From: Takakia lepidozioides
Taxonomy: Eukaryota > Plantae > Bryophyta
Direction: 5' to 3'
Length of the DNA: 64,000 nucleotides
Assembly (NCBI GenBank): GCA_030704615.1
Contig: CM060731.1
Span: 93,124,001-93,188,000 of the forward strand
Shown here piece after piece: positions 24,131-35,400 of this stretch (position 1 is its first letter; each line of letters starts with the position of its first letter). The position numbers and the translations under genes were made by a program. The notes beneath the pieces were generated by a model. That model was not told where the DNA came from and ran no database searches. It saw nothing but the letters and a program-made list of their open reading frames with translations.

Positions 24131-24389
24131 TTTGCTCATACAATAAGTCCTATGAAAAAAGAGGGAAAAACCATTATTGGTTCCTCTAGAAATACCCCTT
24201 GTTAGAAATCAAACAGAGTGTCGGCATTCACCACAATGGTAGCCTGTTATCAGATGCACCAGCGGAGGTTCATAAACACCATTGTAATGAGCAGCAGCAC
24301 CAAAAGCCAAAGCTGAAGCGGACCACAAAAAACTTGTCGCCTCCTTTGGCCAACTATTACATGATCACCCTAAAAGGGCCCACAAAGCA

Positions 24390-25368
24390 ATCTCGCCCAT
24401 AGACTGTCTAAAACACAGACTAGGTCACCTATTAACCAAACCAGAAGACATCCGCCAAGAAATCTGGCTTCAGGCTTCATCCTCCTACTCACCGACCGTA
24501 ACTAACTGCCTCCACCCCCACCTCCACACGCCCACATGCATCTGCAAAGTCAAACACTATCTGTGGCATGACCTGGACGGCTTCTCACTCGATAACCGCG
24601 GCTCATCCACCGATCGGATCCTGGACCTCTTCACAAAAGACCTATATGACTCATGCCTCAAAGCCCTATCCAAAGCAAAAGCCCCAGGCCCAGACCTTAT
24701 ACCAAATGCCATCCTCAAAGCACTCGACCCCCAATTCCATGACCTTCTCTTCAAATTCTTCCGATTGTGCTACCAGCTACAGCATATCCCGCATTCATGG
24801 AAGCATAGTCGGACCATCTTACTATTTTAAAAAGGTAACCCTACGGACCGCGGAAACTACAGGCCTATTGCCCTCGCAAACACTATCTACAAACTCTTCA
24901 CTAGCACGCTAACCACCTACGGCAAACAACACCATATGCTCAGCGACCCCCAAGAAAGATTCCGAGCCACGCGCAGTACTACCCAACAAATACAATATGT
25001 CATATCCGCCTTAGAAGACGCTAAACTTACTAAACAAGATATCTACCTCCTATATATTGACTTCAAAATGCCTTCGGCTCCCTGGACCACCCCCGCCTAC
25101 TAGCCATTATGGCGGATCTTGGATATCCTATTGACGCTATCCAACTCATTGGTAATATCTACACCAATAGCACTACTGAATACTCAAGCTCCTACTATGG
25201 CTCCACCCCTCCTATCCCCATATTACGGGGCACCATCCAAGGTGACACACTAGGCCCCTACCTCTTCATTATCTGTCTCGAACCTCTGCTACGCTGGTTT
25301 GCGCGTGGCAACCTTGGCTACCAATACAAAACCTCGGCAAATGAAATCTCTGCAGCAGCTTATGCTGC
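24390..25368 (+). mobile_element. LINE reverse-transcriptase fragment (Dualen/RandI-like), truncated just before the catalytic DD
   Basis: KAPGPD, NYRPIALANTIYKLFT, YIDFK/AFGS, RGTIQGDTLGPYLFIICLEPLLRW, ending AAAYA. Stop and frameshift present. Confidence 0.85.
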
Positions 25369-25640
25369 TCCCGTTCTGTGATCTCCAATGGGCGGAAAAA
25401 GATAAACATAAAATAGAGTTCCAGACAAATTGGAAAGGATCTGCTCAAGATGACGGGAGATCTCCCGTCACATTCAATGATATAATTGGAGAAGACAAAG
25501 ACATATAAAGGAGATTCAGAAAATAGCGACAAAACAAAGAGAAAGTCTAATGGAACAGCACCTCTTCGTTGTGCCAGGCTAAAAAAAGCAGATACTACGT
25601 GAGTTCAGTGTGTAACTCTTCTGGAAAATACTGATAGAGA

Positions 25641-27082
25641 ATGACTAACAAACATGCAGCGAGTCGGGTGCGCCACGGGTTGCCCCCTCGCGGGCCACCC
25701 CGTCCAACCACGTCCATCTTTGACCCCGGATTGAGTGTTGGTGCACTAAATGTTGGGAACGGATACCGCCGGGCGGCACCAGACCACCAAGGCGGTGACC
25801 GCATGTTGTCGAAAAACATTACACGAAGAACAAGATTGCGGATGCGGCAAAGGTGAGTGTTTTTCCCATCCCTCTCATTAACATTCATTTAAGGTACATT
25901 TAGGTTTATCTAATAATATAGTATGATTGGTAAGCATACATTAATCCAAATTACGACATAAGTATTGATGCGTCGTTCACTACGCATATTGTAGCCACGA
26001 CTTGATGCCCAAGCTCGCAATCACATTGCACAGGAGACATTTCACGCCGGTCTACTTGCAGAATTTGTGCCAGAGCATGTGCCCGATGTGACCAGTTGGT
26101 TCCCCCAGCAGCACGTAGATGAGATGCGTAGGGTCGAGGGGTGTCGTAGGCGTTATGGCCGGCGACGAGCAGCCCCCCCCCCCCCCCCCCCCCCGGTCTG
26201 TTTCTTTGTCTGATCCACCTCCGGTAGTACCTGATCCGGACGTTGTACCCCTGACTGCACCTCCACTTTCATCTCCTCCGCCAGCAGTACCACCTCCACC
26301 TCCACCTCCACGTGCATGTGCCCCCGAACCCCTAGGAGGGGTCGGCTTCGCCCTAGGTTTCTTCCCCTTCGGCTTGGGCGGCCTGAGCCGGATCCTCGCC
26401 CCCGATGGGAGCGCATAAGACTATGTTACTGAGGACCGTCCAGCCTCGTTGTTGGGGGAATCATCTCGACCCTCCCACCCCCATCCGAGAAAATGTGGAG
26501 TTCGAGTATTGGGGGAGACGGTATGTTGTGAGAGCCGCTACAGACCCTGCTATGGGTCGGGGTTTATTCACGGTGAATGATATTGTGGTTCCTCCTCGGA
26601 GAAACAGCATGGTGGACTTATTTCCCTATTACGGTCCATACTACACCTCCGCGGAGTTCCGTACATTACGCCTCGAAGCCCCATACATCCTACCCTACAT
26701 TTTGTGTGTCAACGGACAGGGTGTACGTAGACGGGGGTTGTCTCCCATTGAGATCAAATTTTGTGATGGTGACCCCGACATCTTCGGCAATGTTGCTGGG
26801 CTGGACAATAGTTCTTTTGGTCATCCTAGGAGAACCAATGTAGTATGGGACGAGCGAAGCGATGGGCATGAGAGCTTTTGTGGTCATACGTCAGTATACT
26901 GTGAGGGGATGCACATGTTTGTGATGACATGTGCTAGTAGGACTATTAGGGCTGGCAGCGAACTATTTGCATCATACGAGTTCTCCCGGGATGATTGGGA
27001 CCTCCGATTACAGCGTGAGTGGGATGTGTATGATAGAAATAGGGTTCTTTTGAGACGGGGATCGCGTAGAGGAGCATTGTAG
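25641..27082 (+). CDS. SET-domain protein with Pro/Arg-rich N-terminal region (5' part frame-disrupted; SET ORF 26405-27082 open)
   Basis: GRGLFT, YYGPYY, GNVAGLDNSS (RFINHS-equivalent) and RTIRAGSELFASY (ELxxDY-equivalent) in canonical order. Upstream exon ends near 25852 at gtgag. Confidence 0.7.
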
Positions 27083-28379
27083 ATATTCTCGTGATGTACT
27101 TTGTATACATCCGATTAATCGATTGATGTAGATTTTGTTCTTGTTGCTCGTTTGGGTTGCAACTTTGCATATGTGATCTAAACATACTTATGCACATGTG
27201 GACCAAATATGAGCTTGAACCAAGTTGATTCAATGGGTCATTCTAGTGTTGAACGCAGCTACGTGTCATAGAGACAAAAAATTGCGTTTCGCCTGCAGAT
27301 GATTTTTTTTTTATTCCATTTTCAAGCCATATGCTTAATGATAGCATATGCAATGTACGTGCAAAATTTGGGAGTAAACAAAAGTCATTTGGACCCATAA
27401 CCAGATTTTATTCTCTCATTTGCACTCCAAAGTTGAGTTATCTTCAACTTCATGCCTCTTATGAGAGAGTTCTACAAAAGTGACCCTAGAAACACACTTA
27501 TTTTTTTTTCCATTTTTTTTTTGTCCAATTTTTTGCATAGATGTAGTGGTGCAAAGCCCGATGTCACAGAACAAAATAAAGCTAAAAATAAAATCATTAC
27601 GCCCCTCAAAACCTCAATCATATATTTTCTAAATGCAAATAGTTATATTAAATTCATTTAAATTCGATTTAATTCAAAATTGGTGCAAGGGTGAGTGCGT
27701 CGTTAGCGAGGCAAATGTTTTTTGTTTGCTGGATCTTTGTACATGTGTTGCACACATATTTGAGCACACGTAGGAAAAAATGAAGCTTGAGCCACATCCG
27801 TTTGTTGGGTGCAATGGCATGAGAGGATTTTCTTTCACATTAATAAACAAAAATTGGTTGATATGGTGAATGCGTCATTGGGGGGGGGGCAAATGATTTT
27901 GTTTGGGTTTGAAACTTTGCATTCGTGTACGTTGCGCACATACATGTAATTATTGAATGACATATTTGATGCACGCACACATTGAAGGTTGTTGTTTGCA
28001 TTTCGCTTATAATGAAGTGTATGGTTGCAAGGATACATTATAATATATGTCCCTATGTTCATTTGTTCGTATCAGGACTTTGTCCATCCCTTCCCGGTCC
28101 TTTCTCTTGGCACCCCATCCGAAAACAACCCAAGTATATCAGGCGGGAGCCGTGGGCGAGACGCCGCCCCCACGGTACCGGACGATGATGACGATGATAG
28201 TGATAGTGACAGTGACAACAACAATGAGCATGAAATTAACTAGGAGGATGTGCAAGCCATGGAGGATCTCTTTAATGCATCATGTGGGCGCTGATGCATC
28301 CCATGAAGAGGGAACCCGACCAATCGATGATCCTGAAATGGCCCCCTCAAATGACATGGAGAGAAGGCGAGAACTCCCT

Positions 28380-30176
28380 TGTACGAAGGGGCGAAAGTGA
28401 GTCGACTTTCAACAATCTTACTTTTGCTCAATCTTCAAATTTGATTTGGCATAAGTAATGTTGGGATGTCTGTCATAATGCAAACTATTGCAGACTATAT
28501 CCTTGCTCCACACTTGAAACCCAAGATGCCACGGTCGCAGAAAGAGGCGCGCGAAGTCTTGGACTCTGTGGGAATGGGCTATAAGATTTTTCATGCATGT
28601 CCATGTGATAAAACCATATACTATGGAGAGGATTTGCGTCTCACCAAGTGCCCAAAGTGCAAGAAAGACTGATATCGTGATGATGTCCAAGGGAAAAAAG
28701 TACCACACAAGGTATAAGCGCCATTTCCCCTCGCATGGAGATTACTTTCTTTAATCTTCTCAATGTATGTAAAGTGTATTCCACAAAGTTTAGGGTTTAG
28801 AGAGTAGTACTAATGCAAGATCTGATTGTGGTTTTGGAAGGAGTGAGTGAGGAGTGGAAGGAGCGACGTTTGGTTTTGACCATTCACACCCAAATGAGGG
28901 AGAGGCTGCATAAAGGGAAAGGCATAAGGGTGTTGTATTATGTGTGCTAATGGGATGATTACATGTGGGGGGCGTGGGGTCTTTCATACTAGAAAATGCA
29001 TTACTTTCCGATCATCCCGCGATTGAGGGCACAGTACCGAAACCCCGAATTGGCCAGACTCATGAGATGACATGCCTCGCATCAGAGCCCCCCAGGAAAG
29101 GTGTGCGGGCCACAAGATTCACAAGCATGGAGGCATATTGAAGAGATGTGGCCTTTTCTCTTGGAGGACCCACGACATGTCCACCTCGGCTTCTCCTCGG
29201 ATGGGGTCAACCCGTTCTCTGTCCAGTCATGTAGTCATTCCACTTGGCCGGTGACCATGGTGAATTACAACATCCCTCCGTATCTTTCAATTAAAAAAAA
29301 ACCATATCATGTTGGCTGCCATTGTGCCAGGTGAGTGTACTCATTTCATGTTTTTTATTGCCTTAGACTTTACATTAAACTTCTGATCTCTGACGCACTT
29401 CGGATGCAAGATTGATGATTGACATAATCATTGAGTAAGACGTGTAATTCATTATGTAGTATAATTTGCATATTGGTGGAGCATTGAAACAATGATGTGA
29501 ATGTCTCATAGGGAAAAAACAAGTGGCAGACATGGACACGTACTTGCGACCTCTTGTTGATGAACTTAAGGAGCTATGGAGGGGGGTCCCGGCATTGGAT
29601 GCTTCACTTGACCCTATGGCCGGACAGTCTTTTCAGATGAGAGGCATCTTGCTTTGGACAATGCATGATTATCCATGTTCCCCATGAACAACCCACGTAC
29701 ATTCACTTGTCAATGCCGGATAATATCGATGAGGATTGGGATTGATTGAAGTAGCGGCGACAGTCTTGTGCACCGTAGTGGGGTAGATGGCATTATGGGC
29801 CATGCACATGACAACTTTTTGTTTTTGCTAATGTGGCGGGATATGTAGTACAGGACTAACTGTTTGCTCGGGGCTAAGCACCAAAGGGTACCATGCATGC
29901 TTGCATTGTGGCGATGATCTTGATGCACACAGCTCCCGCCATCTTCACAAGATGGTGTATCCCAACTACCGCAAATTTCTTCATACGAGCCATCGATGGA
30001 GAAGAAGAGAGAAACACTTGTTTGATGGCAAAGAGGAAGTATGTCCTCCCCCTATGATACCGTCCGGGCAGTTTTGGGAGGACCGATGGAAGGAGGTCCA
30101 TGCGGGCACGGACAGTGAAGTGGACGTGCCCGACATGAAACGACTTTCAATCTTCTACGAGTTGCCATATTGGGCG
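28380..30176 (+). pseudogene. CACTA/EnSpm TNP2 transposase, N-terminal/central exons (Transposase_21)
   Basis: HACPCD..CPKC, YFPIIPRL, HLGFSSDGVNPF..STWPV..YNIPP, DTYLRPLVDELKELW, WTMHDYP, KGYHACLHC, SIFYELPYW. Internal stops. Confidence 0.92.
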
Positions 30177-30502
30177 GTACATATTCCACAAAAACATCGT
30201 CAATATCCATATGCATGCATGTGATACACTAGAAGAGAAACCGACTTTTTCCACGGTTTTTTCCACACTTTTTGCTGTGGAATCAGCCGCAGTCCACACC
30301 TGCCGTGGGTGTAAGAAACGACTAGTGCTTTCGGACACCCCGTGGACGGCCTGGCTCTTGGGTGGCCCTATTGGAAAGTCCACGGGTGGCTTTTTTCACG
30401 GGGTGCATGGTGACATGGCCGCTAACATGGCCGATGGCATAGCTGACATGGCAGAGTGTGAAAAAGGCTAGTGTGGCATGTTTCACGGGTGAAGTAAAGA
30501 GG

Positions 30503-31672
30503 TCACAGTACCAGACACCATCCGAAGAAAGAGACCAGGTACAGAGGTTGGGCAGCCTGAATCTGTGAAGTTGAGAGTCCCAAGCCCACCCAAGCCATAC
30601 TCAACCCCAGTCGATCAGCCTTAGTGGCAGGGAAAAGAATGGCAGCCCACTCGCCAATGCTTCCATACCCCGGGGTGCTTAGTTTGTCAAACTCGGAGTT
30701 GAGGGGAAAACTATCAGCCAACGCGTGGGTGAAATTTGACGGAGCAACAGATTGGCCATAACCTGCACACATCTTCATACGCCCAATACATGCAGTGGCG
30801 CAGGGAGAAATAGCCTCCTCAAAGAGACCGTGACACTTAGTTAATTTGAAACCGTGATAAGTGAGAGCTTGTGCGTGGCGTTGTGCCTCTACTGGTCTAG
30901 AAATCTGGCTAGCATATGGGGCAGCCTGATGGCATGAGATCAGCCTAAGCCTGAATGGTTTTGGTGTCTTTGCCTTTTCCCAGTTCTCCTTGTCTACATG
31001 GAATGTGCCAGACCTCACTGATTGCAGAAGCTGAAGTTCATGCAATAATACAACATCAATGCTAATCCCTTCACTTTGTATCAGGGATTGAGTTTCCTGC
31101 AGCACCCCAAGGGCCTCATTAGAAGGCCTGAGATGCCATTCCATGTTGCCATTGCCCCATAGCATCATCAACCACAGAGCCTGAAGCAATTTTAAGATTG
31201 CCTCCTGATGACACCCAGCCTTTTCCAGCAATTTGGCAGCATTCGTCAGGGATTCAAGCTGCTTGCAACCCTTGTGTTCACATGTTGTCTTTGAGATGAT
31301 CAGATTATGGCCACCAAAAGGTGTTTGAGAGGGTTGATCAATGAGAATATAAGCCCAGATTTGTGGCGTTCTTTCCTGAGAGTTAGTGTGACACCGTTCA
31401 AAGATCTGGCTAATGTCGCCGAGGTTGGCTTGGCACATAACAACTTGGACATAGTTGCACAGCTCGATGCTCCTCATTGGCTCATAGGGTTGACTAAAAA
31501 CAGATATGTCCTTGCCCACGCAATGCTGCCGCAGGATATGAAAGCAACGCTTGAATCTGTCCTTGACAAATTTGGTTCTGGGAGTGGATTGTAGATCATA
31601 ATGGGCTTGGAATCCATAGGCTGTAGATAGGCTTGAAAATCTATGACTGAGTTGGTGGTGCTGCCACAGCAT
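30503..31672 (-). other. Captured host-gene-like ORF (389 aa); central part resembles the TPR-like region of plant UvrD/TRANK1-like helicases
   Basis: Long open frame inside the CACTA. AAKLLEKAG..EA..LWGNGNMEWHL recalls that family (recognition from memory only). Confidence 0.35.
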
Positions 31673-31724
31673 AGCCCTTGGTCAAGTCCTCTCCATCCAC
31701 CACCAAAAGCCCTGGAAGGCCATC

Positions 31725-31862
31725 ATGAACAAAGCCGACCTTGGCCATTGTGCTGACGTGGAGCACGAAATCAACACCCAAGGGTTCCCTGCAACCAGAA
31801 AGCCAGCGAACAGACTGTCAGAAACTGAGGAGAACCTTGTACAAGAACAGATTGAAGCACTC
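31725..31862 (+). mobile_element. Small Ty3/gypsy pol fragment (pre-RT region)
   Basis: DLGHCADVEHEINTQG..PANRLSETE..VQEQIEAL. Confidence 0.5.
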
Positions 31863-31939
31863 ATCTTACAAGCTTGTGACCATTTTCTCTTGCCTATAAA
31901 GTTACGCTCTGTAATGCAGACATATTCCCAGTTCCTACT

Positions 31940-32243
31940 ACCTTTTAGTACATGCGCTCTCATGTCTGTGCCGTCCAAAGCTTGCTTCATGCCTCACTCT
32001 ATCATTACAACTATGTCTATTTTTCCACAGGGAATCATCCCTTCCCGCATCATTGCTCATAGGTCTCCAAAGCCTCCATCCGCGCCCTTGCTGTGCATAT
32101 CCTGCAATCATCGCACTCCACGACACCACATCTCGTTCAACCATACTGTCGAACACTTCCTTTGCATCCTCGATGCACCCACATTTGGCATACATGTAGT
32201 CCACCAGGGCAGTGTTCAGAATGACATCAGGTACAACATGGTA
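31940..32243 (-). pseudogene. PPR gene fragment
   Basis: [49 protein letters not shown]. Confidence 0.85.
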
Positions 32244-32485
32244 CTAACAGGAGGGGGTTGCTATTTCATGAGCGGCATGAGCATGAGCGGAAAAAAAACA
32301 AAACATGAGCGGACCATTGTGTGTCCACGGAAATAGGGTTAGGAGGCACGGAAATAGGGTCATATGAAGTTGGAATTTGGCACCAGTGGACTCGTCATAG
32401 CAATGAAATGCAACATTTTATTGCAAATTTTGTGGCAAGCCACATCTATACAAGTGTGTCCTAACTGTCATAGCCGGAATGGGCA

Positions 32486-35400
32486 CTACTCTCCTACACC
32501 CTCCGAGGAACTTGCCCCGCCTTCCTCCTCATCCCCCTCATCCCCCCCATCCTCCGAGCTCTGTGATGCATCAGTTCCACTATGCCTCTCAAAAATTCCG
32601 TCCTCTCCTTGGGGGACTGTCCACCTCACCTCTTGGGAATCTTCTGCCTCTTCTCCCCCACTTTCCTCAGCAAAATCCAAGACAAATCTACGAGCCTGAC
32701 GGGCTCTAATAGCTGCTGCCTCCTCTGCCTCCTCCCTCATCTTCATTTTTTTGAGGCTTGCCTCGTCTAAAATCTGCTGTACACGACTAGGTTCGGAAGA
32801 CCTCTTAATGGACACCGAAGCAAGCCGGGCAGCATAAGTAGGAAGGATGTAGTCTCTTTCTGGACTAGGCATGAAATCCCCCCTGGCAAAAAAAGACACA
32901 TTCCTCCTGCCCATGAACTGCGGTGTAGACGTCCCTCCAGAAGTACTTGGCATCCTGCAGTAAGAACAAATCCACTTTAAGAATGTCAATACCAGGAGAA
33001 GCAAAAAAGGGTCTTTCAATGAAATAAGAGAGCGAAGGGAGGTGCCTCACAAAATCAGGAGGCAACTTACAATGCGACCACTCACTCGTAAACCGGGGGC
33101 TCCTCGGCCTCGATCCCAACTTGTACCTCCCCCTGCTCCTTGTCGGATTCTTCCTCATCCTCCGAGGATGCCTCTTCCTCTTTTGGCAGACGTTCAGCCG
33201 CTGCAAGTTCGGAGTTGTGGAGGGCAGTATCTGGCTCGAAGGCGAAGACATGCCTGTCGGACAATGTCCTTGCCCACATTGAGGCACCTGAGGGACAAAG
33301 CGGGCGGTTAGTAGCATGCGGCATGCAATTGCAATCGGGCCAGGGGACAAACTGTGCACGTGAAGGCTTACCCGTGCCGCATGTGAGGTCAAGAATCCGC
33401 CCTTGGACATCCGAGCACGTCTCCATGAGGGTTTGGATGAAAGCGGGCTCCGGGTCCGGCTGTATCGCCACGGTTTGCCTGTCTTTGTGTCCTTTGGCAT
33501 ACTGGAGTGGGGCACATAGTTGTAGAGGACATCGTAGGTAACAGGGTCCACAACGGCATCAACAAGATGACCGTCGTTGCGGAATTTGAACGTAGACCCT
33601 CTCTTCACAAAACAATATGCCTCAAACACCAATGTCTGCACATCCAACAAAAGAGGGATCAACTCCAGGGTCTAGTTCAGATACACCACAGTATGAAGTG
33701 AATGCAATAGATTGATAACTTACACTCTGGCCCTCTGTTCGCAACCCCTGCGTATTGATGCAGAACCATTTTTTGAGGAGGACCGGGGTGACACTTTTCG
33801 GTGTCCACCTTGCCACAACATTGTCTGTGGTCTTCCCTCTTGTGGCAAGGACCACCATACATCCACCGTCATCCAGGAGCATCCCCGCCAGCCCAAACCC
33901 GGCTCTCCAGTAGTCCTCAGTAAACATGTTCCAGGTGGGCAGGCCCTCTAGTAGCTCCCCATCTGGAATATCGAGGAGAATCATATCGCAGGCTCTCTCC
34001 ACCTCAACCCCACCCCGAGTGCGCATGGAGGAACCCTGGGGCTGACTCCATGTACACTGACGTCATTGTGAAGGAGTGGCATCTGGAACATTTGCGCGAC
34101 TGCCCTTGGTATGTGGACCTTCCGCCCGGCTCGCTCGACCCATCCGAGTTTCAATTGAAGCTGGATGCCGAGGCTCGACGAAACCGGGCTCCGCTGCCTC
34201 CGCTGGGTCCAAAGGAGGCGAGAGCGCTTGCCCAGTCCAGGAAAGCGGCAGAGCTTGCTCAGGCAGGTATTCAAGAGAAATTGAATGAGAAGAATAACGG
34301 ACAAAAGAAAAGGACACGAAAACAGGGGAGTACAGTAACCCCCAAAAAACAGAAAACCACCGGGGCACCAGAGGAGGCGCAGGAGGGGTCCCAAGGGAGT
34401 GACTCCGACGACGACTTTGTGCAAGGTCCTGCGACTGCTGCTGCTGCTACCAAGTCACCGGTCGTCCGGGTTCCCAAGTCAGTTCGGTCTGGGACTGGCT
34501 CTGCCAAGAAGTTGGCATTTGAGGGCGAGCCTACACGGTGGTATTCGGCAGTGACGTTTCCGAAGATGCCAAAGCTAGAACCCCCAACCATCATTCAATG
34601 TGTCAATGAGAGCTTCCTTGACGCTCTGGCTGCCAGGGCGAAGAAGGTGGCACACAGCAAGTCTGTGGAGGAGCAGAAGGGGAAAGCTAAGAAGAGGGCT
34701 TCCAATACAGAGCCTAAAGACACCCCTGGTTTCGAATCCATGATGGAATTCTTCACGGCTGTGAGCACGGATTGCAAAAGAATGGCGGCTCGAAGGACAG
34801 ATGTCATTTCTCCAAAAGGGAGAACTTGCAGTACCTGCATTCAAGAAACACACAGAATGAGGTCCCGGGAACGAGGTAAATTTTAGGGAATGGAAATGAC
34901 TAGGCCCGAACTGGAAATTCCGGTTTCGGTGCCTGCCACACTAGGGGCCCTGCATTGGAAAACCGGCGCCATTTTCCCAGGTTGGGGCCGAATATGCCTA
35001 AGTCCCAGAACTCACTGGGCCCGGAACTGGAAAAATGGCGCTGAATTTCCTGTTTCGGTTCCTGCCTCTAAAGGGACTTAGCCATTTTTGGGGCCGTTCA
35101 CTGGAAATTCGGCGCCATTTTCCCTAGTTGGGCCCGAAAATGGCTAAGTCCCAGAACTGACTGGGCCCGGAACTGGAAAAATGGCGCCGAATTTCCGGTT
35201 TTGGTGCCTGCCACTGTAGGGACTTAGCCATTTTCGGGGCCCTGCACTGGATATTCGGCGCCATTTTTCCATGTTGGGCCCAAAAATGGCTAAGTCCGTA
35301 AACTAACTGAGCCCGGAACTGGAAAAATGGCGCCGAATTTCCGGTTTCGGTGCCTGCCATTGTAGGGACTTAGCCATTTTCGGAGCCCTGCACTGGAAAA

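Noticed and set aside
32244-32253. 10-bp TSD reading (CTAACAGGAG)
   Set aside because: The two TIRs and the related ends at 19698 and 52529 align only if the element starts with five G at 32253, giving 9 bp.
34050-34886. Independent 278-aa plus-strand gene
   Set aside because: It is the inverted exon segment of the minus-strand gene.
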